Assembly: GCA_016291005.1 (NCBI GenBank)
Contig: JAEEVT010000002.1
Location: 6 to 64,005, forward strand
DNA from: Prevotella sp.
GTDB taxonomy: Bacteria > Bacteroidota > Bacteroidia > Bacteroidales > Bacteroidaceae
Direction of reading: 5' to 3'
DNA length: 64,000 nt
The notes under the pieces are model-generated. The model was given only the letters and a program-made list of their open reading frames with translations, was not told where the DNA came from and made no database searches. Positions 51,643-64,000 of the stretch are shown here, piece after piece (the first letter of the stretch is position 1; the number at the start of each line of letters is the position of its first letter). The position numbers and the translations under genes are program-made.

Positions 51643-52923
51643 ATGATAACATTAGCAGACATTTACCTGTGGGGACAACATGCAGGAACAGTGGCATGGG
51701 ACGAGAACTATCAGGCAGCCAGTTTCGAATTCACCCCTGAATTTGCCTCTGGTCATTGGGATGTCGCTCCATTGATGATGCCCGTCAGACAGCGGCAGAT
51801 ATACCAGTTCCCATCGCTCAACAAGGATACGTTTATTGGATTGCCTGGTCTATTGGCCGATGCTCTGCCAGATGCCTTTGGTAAAGCCCTGTTGGACAAG
51901 TGGCTGGCCAGTATGGGACGAACTTTTGCCAATCCGGTAGAGCGGCTGTGCTATCAGGGGAAGCGTAGTATGGGTGCCTTGGAGTTCGTGCCTGCACAAG
52001 ACAACTATCTGGAGCAAGGGACAAAGTTGGAGATAGACTCACTTGTGGAAGTGGCCCGAGAGGTGCTAGACGAAAAGAAAAAGCTGGATGTCAATGTCAA
52101 TGAAGACACCAAGGAAGCCATTGCCAATATCATCAGGGTCGGAACATCGGCAGGCGGTCAGCGGGCAAAGGCCGTTATTGCCTACAACGAGAATACTGGC
52201 GAGGTGCGTAGCGGTCAGATAGATGTACCTGACGGATTCAGCCATTGGCTGCTCAAACTGGATGGTGTGACCAATGCGGAACTTGGCGACCCCAAGCATT
52301 ATGGACAAATAGAATACGTCTATTACCTGATGGCTCGTGCAGCAGGTATCAACATGACAGAGTGCAGACTTCTGGAAGAGAATGGACGTGCGCACTTTAT
52401 GACGCAACGATTTGACCGTCTCAACGGAAACGAGAAAGTACACATGCAGACGCTTTGCGGCATAGCACACTACGACTACAAGATGTTGCATGCCTACAGT
52501 TATGAGCAGGCTTTCCAGGTTATGAGACGACTTCGCCTGCCCTACAGTCAGGCAGAAGAGATGTTCAGACGCATGGTGTTCAACGTGATTGCCCGCAATC
52601 AGGATGACCACACGAAGAACATCTCTTTCTTGATGGACAAGAGCGGCCGATGGTCATTGTCACCAGCATACGATATGTCATGGTCGTACAACCCCAAAGG
52701 TGCCTGGACTGCTAAACACCAGATGTCTATAAACGGAAAGTGGGATGATATCACCCGTGCCGACTTCTTGACTCTGGCCAAAAACGTGAATATCAAACAG
52801 GCTGATGCCATTATCGAACAAGTGAAGGACGGGGTCAGCAAATGGAGAACATTTGCCACACAGTATAGTATTCCTTACGAGATGGTAAAGGCCATCGACT
52901 CAACTTTGTTATTAGGATTATAA
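51643..52923 (+). CDS. hipA: HipA-family serine/threonine kinase toxin
   Basis: LPDAFG, GTSAGGQRAK, QRFDR, NQDDHTKN, LSPAYD. Confidence 0.92.
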   Translation: MITLADIYLWGQHAGTVAWDENYQAASFEFTPEFASGHWDVAPLMMPVRQRQIYQFPSLNKDTFIGLPGLLADALPDAFGKALLDKWLASMGRTFANPVERLCYQGKRSMGALEFVPAQDNYLEQGTKLEIDSLVEVAREVLDEKKKLDVNVNEDTKEAIANIIRVGTSAGGQRAKAVIAYNENTGEVRSGQIDVPDGFSHWLLKLDGVTNAELGDPKHYGQIEYVYYLMARAAGINMTECRLLEENGRAHFMTQRFDRLNGNEKVHMQTLCGIAHYDYKMLHAYSYEQAFQVMRRLRLPYSQAEEMFRRMVFNVIARNQDDHTKNISFLMDKSGRWSLSPAYDMSWSYNPKGAWTAKHQMSINGKWDDITRADFLTLAKNVNIKQADAIIEQVKDGVSKWRTFATQYSIPYEMVKAIDSTLLLGL

Positions 52924-52966
52924 GTACGGCCAATGGGAATCCATGGGGAATTCTGATTGATGGCTA

Positions 52967-53106
52967 ATGGTAGGGTAAAAGACAAAAATGGTAGGTTGGA
53001 TGGTAGGTTCAGAAAGGATAACCTACCATGCTCAAAACTAGTGTACATCGGGGTTTAAGGGGTGTTATGGTAGGTTGTTAGGTTGGTTTTGAAATTGCCG
53101 TATTTT
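52967..53106 (-). repeat. AACCTACCAT repeat element, copy R4 (more diverged)
   Basis: ATGGTAGGTT at 52988, 53000 and 53067, inverted at 53020; shares the outer flank with R2 and R3. Confidence 0.85.
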
Positions 53107-53154
53107 CCGCAAGATTATGATACGCGATTTTTCAAAGTATTTACTGAGTTCAAC

Positions 53155-53308
53155 TTATCCAGTACTTTTCCATCAGTTATCCAGTACTTTTCCGTCAGTT
53201 ATCCTAAGGATTTCCTCAAGAAATCACCGTGATTTCTTGCAATTATTGCCGTGATTTCTTCAAGAAGTTGCCGTGATTTCTGAAGGTTTTTTAGGTGACT
53301 TCTGGCAG
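53155..53308. repeat. Degenerate 22-bp tandem repeats (7 units)
   Basis: ttatccagtacttttccatcag x2 grading into ...ccgtgatttc... x3. Confidence 0.8.
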
Positions 53309-53433
53309 TTCTCTGGTGCTTATCTGCGTGATTTGCAAAATAAAACTTAATATATTTTGTAGTTCGGCAGATTCTTCGTACCTTTGCACCCAATTTTTCG
53401 AGTTTATATATTTAATAAGGTATAGAAGAAGAG

Positions 53434-54795
53434 ATGAACATTCAATTTGAAGCTCCTGACAAGGTGAATGGTTTGATGACCATTACGCTGGAGTCGGCTG
53501 ACTATCAGCCGGAGGTTGAGAAGACCCTGAAAGACTATCGTAAGCGTGCTAATATTCCCGGTTTCCGTCCCGGCCAGGCCCCTATGGGCATGATTAAGCG
53601 CCAGTTTGGCACCAGCGTCAAGGTGGACGTGGTGAACAAGATGCTGGGCGAGAAGCTTTACGGATATGTACAGGACAATAAGATCCAGATGCTTGGCGAG
53701 CCTTTGCCCAGCGAACAGCAGGAACAGCTGGACTTCGAGGGTGACAAGCCATTAGTATTCAAGTTCGACATCGCCGTGGCTCCCGAGTTCAAGGCTGAGC
53801 TGACCGAGAAGGACAAGATTGACTTCTACGACATCAAGGTGGAGGACAAGCTCGTCGACCAGCAGGTGGAGATGTACCAGAGCCGTGCCGGCCAGTACGA
53901 GAAGGCCGAGACGTTCGACCCCGAGCAGCGCGACATGCTGAAGGGCGACCTGCGCGAGCTGGACGCCAAGGGCAACGTGAAGGAGGGTGGCATCGAGGTT
54001 AGCGAGGCCATGCTGATGCCCCAGTACATGAAGGCTGACGACCAGAAGAAGCTCTTCAACGGCTGTAAGCTGGGCGACGTCATCACGTGGAACCCCCGCA
54101 AGGCTTATCCTGAGAGCGACATCGAGCTGTCGAGCCTGCTGAAGATTGAGAAAGACCAGGTGAGCGAGCATACTGGCGACTTCACCTATCAGATTACCGA
54201 GATCAGCCGTTTCGTGAAGGCTCCCGTCGACCAGACGCTGTTCGACCAGACCTTCGGCGAGGGTGCGGTGAAGGACGAGAAGGAGTTCCGCCAGAAGATT
54301 GCCGACCAGATCAGTCTGCAGTTCCAGTCAGACTCCGACTATAAGTTCCTGCTCGACGTACGCGCGTATATGGAGAAAAAGGTGGGCAAGCTGGAGTTCC
54401 CAGAGGCCATCCTGAAGCGCGTCATGCTGAGCAAGAACCAGGACAAGGGTGCCGACTTCGTTGAGAAGAACTTCGACGCCAGCATCAAGGAACTGGCTTG
54501 GCACCTCATCAAGGAGCAGTTGGTTGAGGCCCAGGGTATCAAGGTGGACAACGACGACCTGAAAGCCGTTGCCAAGGAGGCCGCCCACGCCCAGTTTGCC
54601 CAGTACGGCATGTCGAACGTGCCCGACGAGTACTTGGAGAACTACGCCAACGACATGCTGAAGAAGAAGGAGAACATCGACGGTATCGTGGACCGTGCCG
54701 TAGACACCAAACTGACAGCAGCACTGAAGAGCGTGGTGAAACTGAACAAGAAAGCCGTCACGATGGAAGAGTTCCAAAAACTGTTGAATAATTAA
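53434..54795 (+). CDS. tig: Trigger factor
   Basis: IPGFRPG ribosome-binding motif; upstream of clpP. Confidence 0.95.
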   Translation: MNIQFEAPDKVNGLMTITLESADYQPEVEKTLKDYRKRANIPGFRPGQAPMGMIKRQFGTSVKVDVVNKMLGEKLYGYVQDNKIQMLGEPLPSEQQEQLDFEGDKPLVFKFDIAVAPEFKAELTEKDKIDFYDIKVEDKLVDQQVEMYQSRAGQYEKAETFDPEQRDMLKGDLRELDAKGNVKEGGIEVSEAMLMPQYMKADDQKKLFNGCKLGDVITWNPRKAYPESDIELSSLLKIEKDQVSEHTGDFTYQITEISRFVKAPVDQTLFDQTFGEGAVKDEKEFRQKIADQISLQFQSDSDYKFLLDVRAYMEKKVGKLEFPEAILKRVMLSKNQDKGADFVEKNFDASIKELAWHLIKEQLVEAQGIKVDNDDLKAVAKEAAHAQFAQYGMSNVPDEYLENYANDMLKKKENIDGIVDRAVDTKLTAALKSVVKLNKKAVTMEEFQKLLNN

Positions 54796-54811
54796 TTAGA
54801 ATTCTTTAACC

Positions 54812-54852
54812 AAAAAAAATGGTCGGAATGCTTGGCGTTCCGACTTTTTTTT
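54812..54852 (+). terminator. Terminator-like hairpin after tig
   Basis: GTCGGAA/TTCCGAC stem flanked by A and T tracts. Confidence 0.65.
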
Positions 54853-54875
54853 GTAATTTTGTATCTTACAATTGT

Positions 54876-55547
54876 ATGAATATGAACAACGACTTTAGAA
54901 AATATGCTACCAAGCATCTTGGAATGAACGGTCTGGTGCTCGACGAAGTGGTGAGCGCACAGGCTCAGTATATGAACCCCTATATCCTGGAGGAGCGCCA
55001 GTTGAACGTTACGCAGATGGACGTCTTCTCGCGACTGATGATGGACCGCATCATCTTCCTCGGTACACAGATTGACGACTATACCGCCAACACGCTGCAG
55101 GCGCAGCTGCTCTATCTGGACTCCGTTGACTCGGGCAAGGACATCAGCATCTACATCAACTCGCCTGGCGGAAGCGTGACAGCAGGTCTCGGCATCTACG
55201 ACACCATGCAGTTCATCTCCAGCGACGTCGCCACCATCTGTACCGGCATGGCCGCCTCGATGGCCGCCGTGCTGTTAGTGGCCGGCACCGAGGGCAAGCG
55301 CTCTGCCCTGCCCCACAGCCGCGTCATGATACACCAGCCCTTAGGCGGCGTGCAGGGTCAGGCCTCGGACATCGAGATTGAGGCCAAGGAGATCCGTAAG
55401 TTCAAGGAAGAACTCTACCGCATCATCTCCGACCACTCGCACACACCCTACGAGAAGGTGTGGACCGACTCCGACCGCAACTACTGGATGACTGCCGAGG
55501 AGGCCAAAGAGTACGGCATGATAGACCAGGTGTTGGTGAAAAAATAA
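54876..55547 (+). CDS. clpP: ATP-dependent Clp protease proteolytic subunit
   Basis: YINSPGG, GMAASM, MIHQP; start at 54876 or 54882. Confidence 0.97.
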   Translation: MNMNNDFRKYATKHLGMNGLVLDEVVSAQAQYMNPYILEERQLNVTQMDVFSRLMMDRIIFLGTQIDDYTANTLQAQLLYLDSVDSGKDISIYINSPGGSVTAGLGIYDTMQFISSDVATICTGMAASMAAVLLVAGTEGKRSALPHSRVMIHQPLGGVQGQASDIEIEAKEIRKFKEELYRIISDHSHTPYEKVWTDSDRNYWMTAEEAKEYGMIDQVLVKK

Positions 55548-55598
55548 ATTAAGAGTTAAGAATTTGGAATTTGGAATTGTTGCCAAAATTTCTGAAGA

Positions 55599-56819
55599 AT
55601 GAAGAAAAAGTGTAATTTCTGTGGACGGAGCGACCGGGAGGTAAAACTGCTGATTACCGGCGTGGACGGGTGCATCTGCGAAGACTGCGCCGTTCAGGCC
55701 TATCAGGTGGCGACGGCCAACGGCTACGGACCCGACGCAAAGACGACACCCGAGAACAATCCGTTCAAGACAAAGCGCATTCCCAAGCCGCGGGAGATTA
55801 AAGAATACCTGGACCAGTACGTCATCGGCCAGGAAGAGGCCAAGCGCTACCTCAGCGTGGCGGTCTATAACCATTACAAGCGACTCCAACAACCCGTTGA
55901 GAAGGACGGCGTGGAGATAGAGAAGTCGAACATCATCATGGTGGGTTCGACGGGAACCGGCAAGACGCTCCTGGCACGCACCATCGCCAAGATGCTGGAC
56001 GTGCCCTTCTGCATCGTCGACGCCACCGTGTTCACTGAGGCCGGCTACGTCGGCGAGGACGTGGAGAGCATATTGACGCGCCTGCTGCAAGTGGCCAACT
56101 ACGAGGTGGAAGCCGCCCAGCGAGGCATCGTCTTCATCGACGAGATAGACAAGATAGCGCGCAAGACCGACAACCCCTCCATCACCCGTGACGTCAGCGG
56201 CGAGGGCGTCCAGCAGGGACTGCTGAAACTCCTAGAGGGTACTACCGTCAACGTACCGCCACAGGGCGGTCGCAAGCATCCCGACCAGGAGTACATCCAT
56301 GTCGATACGCGCAACATCCTGTTCATCTGCGGCGGAGCCTTCGACGGCATCGAGCGCAAGATAGCCCAGCGACTGAATACCCACGTGGTAGGCTACAACT
56401 CCGTACAGAACGTCAGGAAGATAGACAAGGGCGACCTGATGAAGTACATCCTGCCACAGGACCTGAAGTCGTTCGGACTCATCCCCGAGCTCATCGGCCG
56501 ACTGCCCGTGCTGACATACCTGAACCCGTTGGACAAGGACGCCCTGAACCGCATCCTCATTGAACCCAAGAACAGCATCGTCAAGCAGTACGAGAAACTG
56601 TTCGACATGGACGGCATCCAGCTCTCCTTCACCCCCGAGGCCATGAACATCATCGTCAACAAGGCCGTGGAGTACAAGCTCGGCGCCCGTGGTCTGCGCT
56701 CCATCGTCGAGGCCATCATGATGGACGCCATGTTCGAGGTGCCCTCCAAGCGTACTAAATCCTTTGAAGTGACTGCTGCCTACGCCCAGGCTCAGCTCGA
56801 CAAGTCACACCTTAATTAA
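55599..56819 (+). CDS. clpX: ClpX ATPase
   Basis: C4 zinc finger, [23 protein letters not shown]. Confidence 0.97.
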   Translation: MKKKCNFCGRSDREVKLLITGVDGCICEDCAVQAYQVATANGYGPDAKTTPENNPFKTKRIPKPREIKEYLDQYVIGQEEAKRYLSVAVYNHYKRLQQPVEKDGVEIEKSNIIMVGSTGTGKTLLARTIAKMLDVPFCIVDATVFTEAGYVGEDVESILTRLLQVANYEVEAAQRGIVFIDEIDKIARKTDNPSITRDVSGEGVQQGLLKLLEGTTVNVPPQGGRKHPDQEYIHVDTRNILFICGGAFDGIERKIAQRLNTHVVGYNSVQNVRKIDKGDLMKYILPQDLKSFGLIPELIGRLPVLTYLNPLDKDALNRILIEPKNSIVKQYEKLFDMDGIQLSFTPEAMNIIVNKAVEYKLGARGLRSIVEAIMMDAMFEVPSKRTKSFEVTAAYAQAQLDKSHLN

Positions 56820-56854
56820 TTAATGAGAAAGCTCATTTCGTAAGCTAAAAGTCT

Positions 56855-59038
<2,184 letters not shown>

Positions 59039-59133
59039 CCCTACGCGTTAAATCGTATTAATATTGCGTGCAAATGGCTGCTATCTCGAAAAAAAGCAGT
59101 AAATTTGCACGCAATAAATTTAAATTGGAGTAA

Positions 59134-60618
<1,485 letters not shown>

Positions 60619-60672
60619 GAGAATTGAAAATTATACAATAATCATATAAATTGTAAATTGTAAATACCCAAG

Positions 60673-62166
60673 ATGAAACTGAAATTGATTCTGGCTGGCT
60701 GCCTGATGAGCGCAGCTGCCGTAGCACAAACGGCAAAGGACCCGATAATAATGAATGTTGCTGGTACGGATGTGCCAAGAAGTGAGTTTGAGTATTCGTA
60801 CAACAAGAACAATACCGACGGCGTCATTGACAAGAAGACTGTCGAGGAATACGTCGACCTCTTCATCAACTACAAACTGAAGGTGAAGGCCGCTATGGAT
60901 GCTCGCATCGACACCACGTCGGCGTTCCTGAAGGAGTTTACTCAGTATCGCGACCAGCAGGTGCTGCCCACCTTCGTCACCGACGACGACATGTTGGCTG
61001 AAGCGCATGTGGTTTACGACACCACTGTGAAGAACATCGGCCCCGACGGATTGGTGAGTGCCGGACATATCCTGATAGTCATCCCGCAGAAGGCTACCCA
61101 GGCACAGCAGGACGATGCCAAGCGCCGCATCGACTCTGTATATACTGCGCTGAAGGCCGGTGCCGACTTCGAGGAACTTGCCAAGAAGGTGTCGCAGGAT
61201 CCAGGTTCAGCCAAACGTGGCGGAATGTTAGGATGGTTCGCCCGCAACCAGATGGTGAAGGAGTTTGAAGATGCTGCCTTCGCCCTGCAACCCGGTGAGA
61301 TGAGCCAACCTATACAGTCGCCCTTCGGATGGCACATCATCCTGATGAAGGAGCGTAAGCAGATGGAACCATTCGACTTCCACAAGGACAACATTCTGCG
61401 TTACTTGGAACAGCGTGGTGCCCGCAACAGCATCACCGAGAAGAAGCTGACCGCAATGGCTAAGGCACAGCTTGGCATCAACGACACGTTACCCCAGGGA
61501 GCACGTCAACAAGAGTCGCCAGAGGTGACTGCCGTTAAGAAACAATTGATACAGCAGCGTGCTGACTCGCTGTCTGCCACCGACCTCGACATGCGCTACC
61601 TCATCAAGGAGTACCACGACGGCTTGCTGCTCTACGAAATCAGCAACCAAACCATCTGGGAAAAGGCCGCCAAGGACGAAGAGGCTCTGGCTAAATACTT
61701 CAAGAAGAATAAGAAGAAGTACACGTGGGACGAGCCCCGCTTCAAGGGCATGGCCTACCACGTAAAGGACCAAGCCGACGTTCAAGCCGTTGCCAAGTGT
61801 GTGAAGAAGCTGAAGTTCGACGACTGGAACGAGGCCCTGCGCAAGACCTTCAACAACGACTCCATCATCCGCATCCGTGTGGAGAAGGGACTCTTCAAGA
61901 AGGGCGACAACAAACTCATCGACCGCGAACAGTTCAAGGTGCAGGACGTCAAGGTTGACAGCGTGAAGGGTTATCCCATCGACGCCACCTACGGCAAGAT
62001 GCTGAAGAAGCCGCAGGACTATACCGACGTGCGCGGCCTCGTCACCGCCGACCTCCAGAATGAGTTGGAGCGCCAGTGGGTGGCCGACCTCCGCAAGCGC
62101 TATACCTTCACCGTCAACGAAGAAGTTTTGCGAACCGTGAATAATCACGGTTCGAGTGAAAAGTAA
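60673..62166 (+). CDS. Periplasmic parvulin-type peptidyl-prolyl isomerase
   Basis: HILI, FEELAKKVSQD, GGMLG, SPFGWHII. Confidence 0.9.
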   Translation: MKLKLILAGCLMSAAAVAQTAKDPIIMNVAGTDVPRSEFEYSYNKNNTDGVIDKKTVEEYVDLFINYKLKVKAAMDARIDTTSAFLKEFTQYRDQQVLPTFVTDDDMLAEAHVVYDTTVKNIGPDGLVSAGHILIVIPQKATQAQQDDAKRRIDSVYTALKAGADFEELAKKVSQDPGSAKRGGMLGWFARNQMVKEFEDAAFALQPGEMSQPIQSPFGWHIILMKERKQMEPFDFHKDNILRYLEQRGARNSITEKKLTAMAKAQLGINDTLPQGARQQESPEVTAVKKQLIQQRADSLSATDLDMRYLIKEYHDGLLLYEISNQTIWEKAAKDEEALAKYFKKNKKKYTWDEPRFKGMAYHVKDQADVQAVAKCVKKLKFDDWNEALRKTFNNDSIIRIRVEKGLFKKGDNKLIDREQFKVQDVKVDSVKGYPIDATYGKMLKKPQDYTDVRGLVTADLQNELERQWVADLRKRYTFTVNEEVLRTVNNHGSSEK

Positions 62167-62199
62167 ATTGTGAATAGTGAATAGTGAAAAAGTAAGGTT

Positions 62200-63651
62200 A
62201 TGTATAGTCAAATTATTAAGAGGTTTATAGTGGTAGCGATACTGTTCACTATTCACTGTTCACTCTTCATTAGCCACGCAGTGGCGCAGACCGACAGCAT
62301 CGCGTCTATCGTCGACGAGGTGATTTGGGTCGTCGGCGACGAGGCAATCCTCAAGTCCGACGTTGAGGAACTGCGCCTGCAAGGACAGCAGGAAGGTATC
62401 ACATGGAAGGGCGACCCCGACTGTGCCATCCCAGAGCAGATTGCCGTCCAGAAACTTTACCTGAACCAGGCCATCATCGACAGCGTGGAGGTGACAGAGT
62501 CTGAGATTACCCAGGGCGTAGAACAGTACATCGACAGGATGATTTCCGTTATTGGCTCACGCGAGAAGGTGGAAGAATACCAAAAGAAGAACATGAGCCA
62601 GATTCGTGCCGACCTGCGCGAGTCTTTCCGTGAGCGTAAGATGGTAGAGGGCATGCAGCAGAAACTGGTCAAAGACATCACCGTGACACCTGCCGAGGTG
62701 CGCCGCTTTGTCAAGGACCTGCCGCAGGATAGCATACCCTTCGTACCCACCGAGGTGGAGGTTCAGATTATCACAAACAAGCCCCGCATCGAGCAGGACG
62801 AGATTAACCGCGTCAAGGAAGAGCTGCGCGACTATACCGACCGCATCAACAAAGGCGAGTCGTCGTTCTCGACACTGGCACGCCTGTATTCGGAAGACCC
62901 TGGCTCAGCACGCCGTGGCGGTGAGCTCGACTTCACCCCGCGTGCTGCTTTCGACCCGGCTTTTGCCAACGTAGCCTTCAGCCTCAGCGATCCCAAGCGC
63001 GTCTCGAAGATTGTAGAGTCTGAGTTTGGCTTCCACATCATCCAGCTCATCGACAAGCGCGGCGACAGAATCAAGGTGCGCCACATCCTGCGCAAACCTG
63101 TCGTCAGCGATGATGCCATACAGAAGGCTATGGCCCGCATGGACACCGTAGCCACGGCCATTCGTGACGGTGTGCCTCCAGAGATGATTAAGCCCATCTT
63201 CAAAGACAAGGACGGCAATGCAATAGAGAAGTTCACTTTCGAGGATGGCGTAGCACTCTTTTCTGACGACAAGGATACGCGAAACAACCATGGTCTGATG
63301 TTCAACGTCACTCAAGACAATTCACGTACTTCCCGTTTCAAGCTATCCGAACTGCCGGCAGAGGTTGCCAAGGCCGTCGACCCCTTGAAGGTTGGTGAGA
63401 TTTCGGCTCCCTTCCAGATGATGAACGAGCGCGGCAAGATAGTATGTGCTATTGCCAAGCTGAAGAGTCGCACAGAAGGTCATAAGGCCACCATCACCGA
63501 CGACTATCAGGTGCTGAAGAACCTGGTGTTAGAGCGTCTCCGTACCGAGAAGCTGCACAACTGGGTGGTGAACCGCATCAAGTCAACTTATGTACGAATC
63601 AACGATCGCTACCGCAACTGTAACTTTGAATATGAAGGTTGGGTACGATAA
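62200..63651 (+). CDS. surA: SurA-like peptidyl-prolyl isomerase/chaperone
   Basis: VDEVIWVVGDEAILKSD, LARLYSEDPGS, SEFGFHIIQ. Confidence 0.85.
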   Translation: MYSQIIKRFIVVAILFTIHCSLFISHAVAQTDSIASIVDEVIWVVGDEAILKSDVEELRLQGQQEGITWKGDPDCAIPEQIAVQKLYLNQAIIDSVEVTESEITQGVEQYIDRMISVIGSREKVEEYQKKNMSQIRADLRESFRERKMVEGMQQKLVKDITVTPAEVRRFVKDLPQDSIPFVPTEVEVQIITNKPRIEQDEINRVKEELRDYTDRINKGESSFSTLARLYSEDPGSARRGGELDFTPRAAFDPAFANVAFSLSDPKRVSKIVESEFGFHIIQLIDKRGDRIKVRHILRKPVVSDDAIQKAMARMDTVATAIRDGVPPEMIKPIFKDKDGNAIEKFTFEDGVALFSDDKDTRNNHGLMFNVTQDNSRTSRFKLSELPAEVAKAVDPLKVGEISAPFQMMNERGKIVCAIAKLKSRTEGHKATITDDYQVLKNLVLERLRTEKLHNWVVNRIKSTYVRINDRYRNCNFEYEGWVR

Positions 63652-63699
63652 ACATGAATTATTAAGAACTATCGGCTGACGCCGATTAAGAAATAAGAG

Positions 63700-64000
63700 G
63701 TGAAGAGGTCGCTGGCTGTTATATCTGGTCTGTTAGCACTTTGTGTGGTGTTTGCCATGCAACCCGTGCAGAAGAAGCGCCTGCCACGAAAGCAGGTGGA
63801 ACAGGACAAGCGCGTCTATCTGATACATGCCGACAACCTGCACTACGACCAGTACCGCAACGGCGACGCCCAGATACTGAAAGGCCGCGTACACTTCCGT
63901 CATGTGGGTGCCAACCTCTATTGCGACAGTGCCCACTTCTACGAACAGACCAACTCCTTCGAAGCTTTTGGTCACGTCAAGATGGTACAGGGCGACACGC
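63700..64000 (+). CDS. OstA/LptD-N-like protein, partial
   Basis: GTG 63700 MKRSLAVISGLLALC...VYLIHADNL...VHFRHVGANLYCDSAHFY...FEAFGHVKMVQGDT, open to the window end. Confidence 0.8.
   Translation, partial: MKRSLAVISGLLALCVVFAMQPVQKKRLPRKQVEQDKRVYLIHADNLHYDQYRNGDAQILKGRVHFRHVGANLYCDSAHFYEQTNSFEAFGHVKMVQGDT

Larger units (their letters stand above)
43536..53106. mobile_element. Putative ~9.5-kb integrase-free island bounded by inverted copies R2 and R4 of the repeat element
   Basis: AT-rich accessory genes and a TA module between fucP and tig; terminal repeats in inverted orientation. Confidence 0.5.

Noticed and set aside
63654-63665. ATG at 63654 as the start of the last gene
   Set aside because: It is followed by a stop after three codons; the coding frame opens at GTG 63700.

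Overview
This is a 64-kb chromosomal window from a Bacteroidota organism, most likely a rumen-type Prevotella/Xylanibacter, judged from TAnnTTTG -7 promoters, SusC/D genes and T9SS cargo. From left to right it holds: (1) a partial LRR/T9SS surface protein with a lipoprotein TPR-TM-HTH regulator; (2) a complete starch/maltodextrin PUL (GH97, GH77, MFS, LacI, SusC/D/E/F, GH13); (3) a 4.1-kb islet bounded by a duplicated gene fragment, with a palindromic origin-like element, OmpA, two collagen-like DUF4988-type lipoproteins and a deletion scar; (4) tRNA-Gln followed by a five-gene signalling operon (REC-PP2C, TM-coiled-coil-WD40, a sensor kinase lacking its phospho-His, a sensor-less kinase, a TPR-TonB receptor); (5) an ECF sigma with a mini anti-sigma, pectate lyase genes and a FucP-like permease; (6) a ~9.5-kb integrase-free island (TPR-HTH regulator, DUF3244-like protein, S74/T9SS protein, C25 peptidase, T9SS protein, hipBA) punctuated by copies of a ~110-bp AACCTACCAT repeat element; (7) housekeeping genes tig-clpP-clpX-recQ-guaB-PPIase-surA-OstA-like. 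The best candidates for undescribed systems are the repeat-delimited cassettes, the TPR-regulator/DUF3244 pairs with a swapped AT-rich block, and the pseudokinase/kinase trans-envelope operon. Family assignments come from motif recognition by eye, with no database searches.
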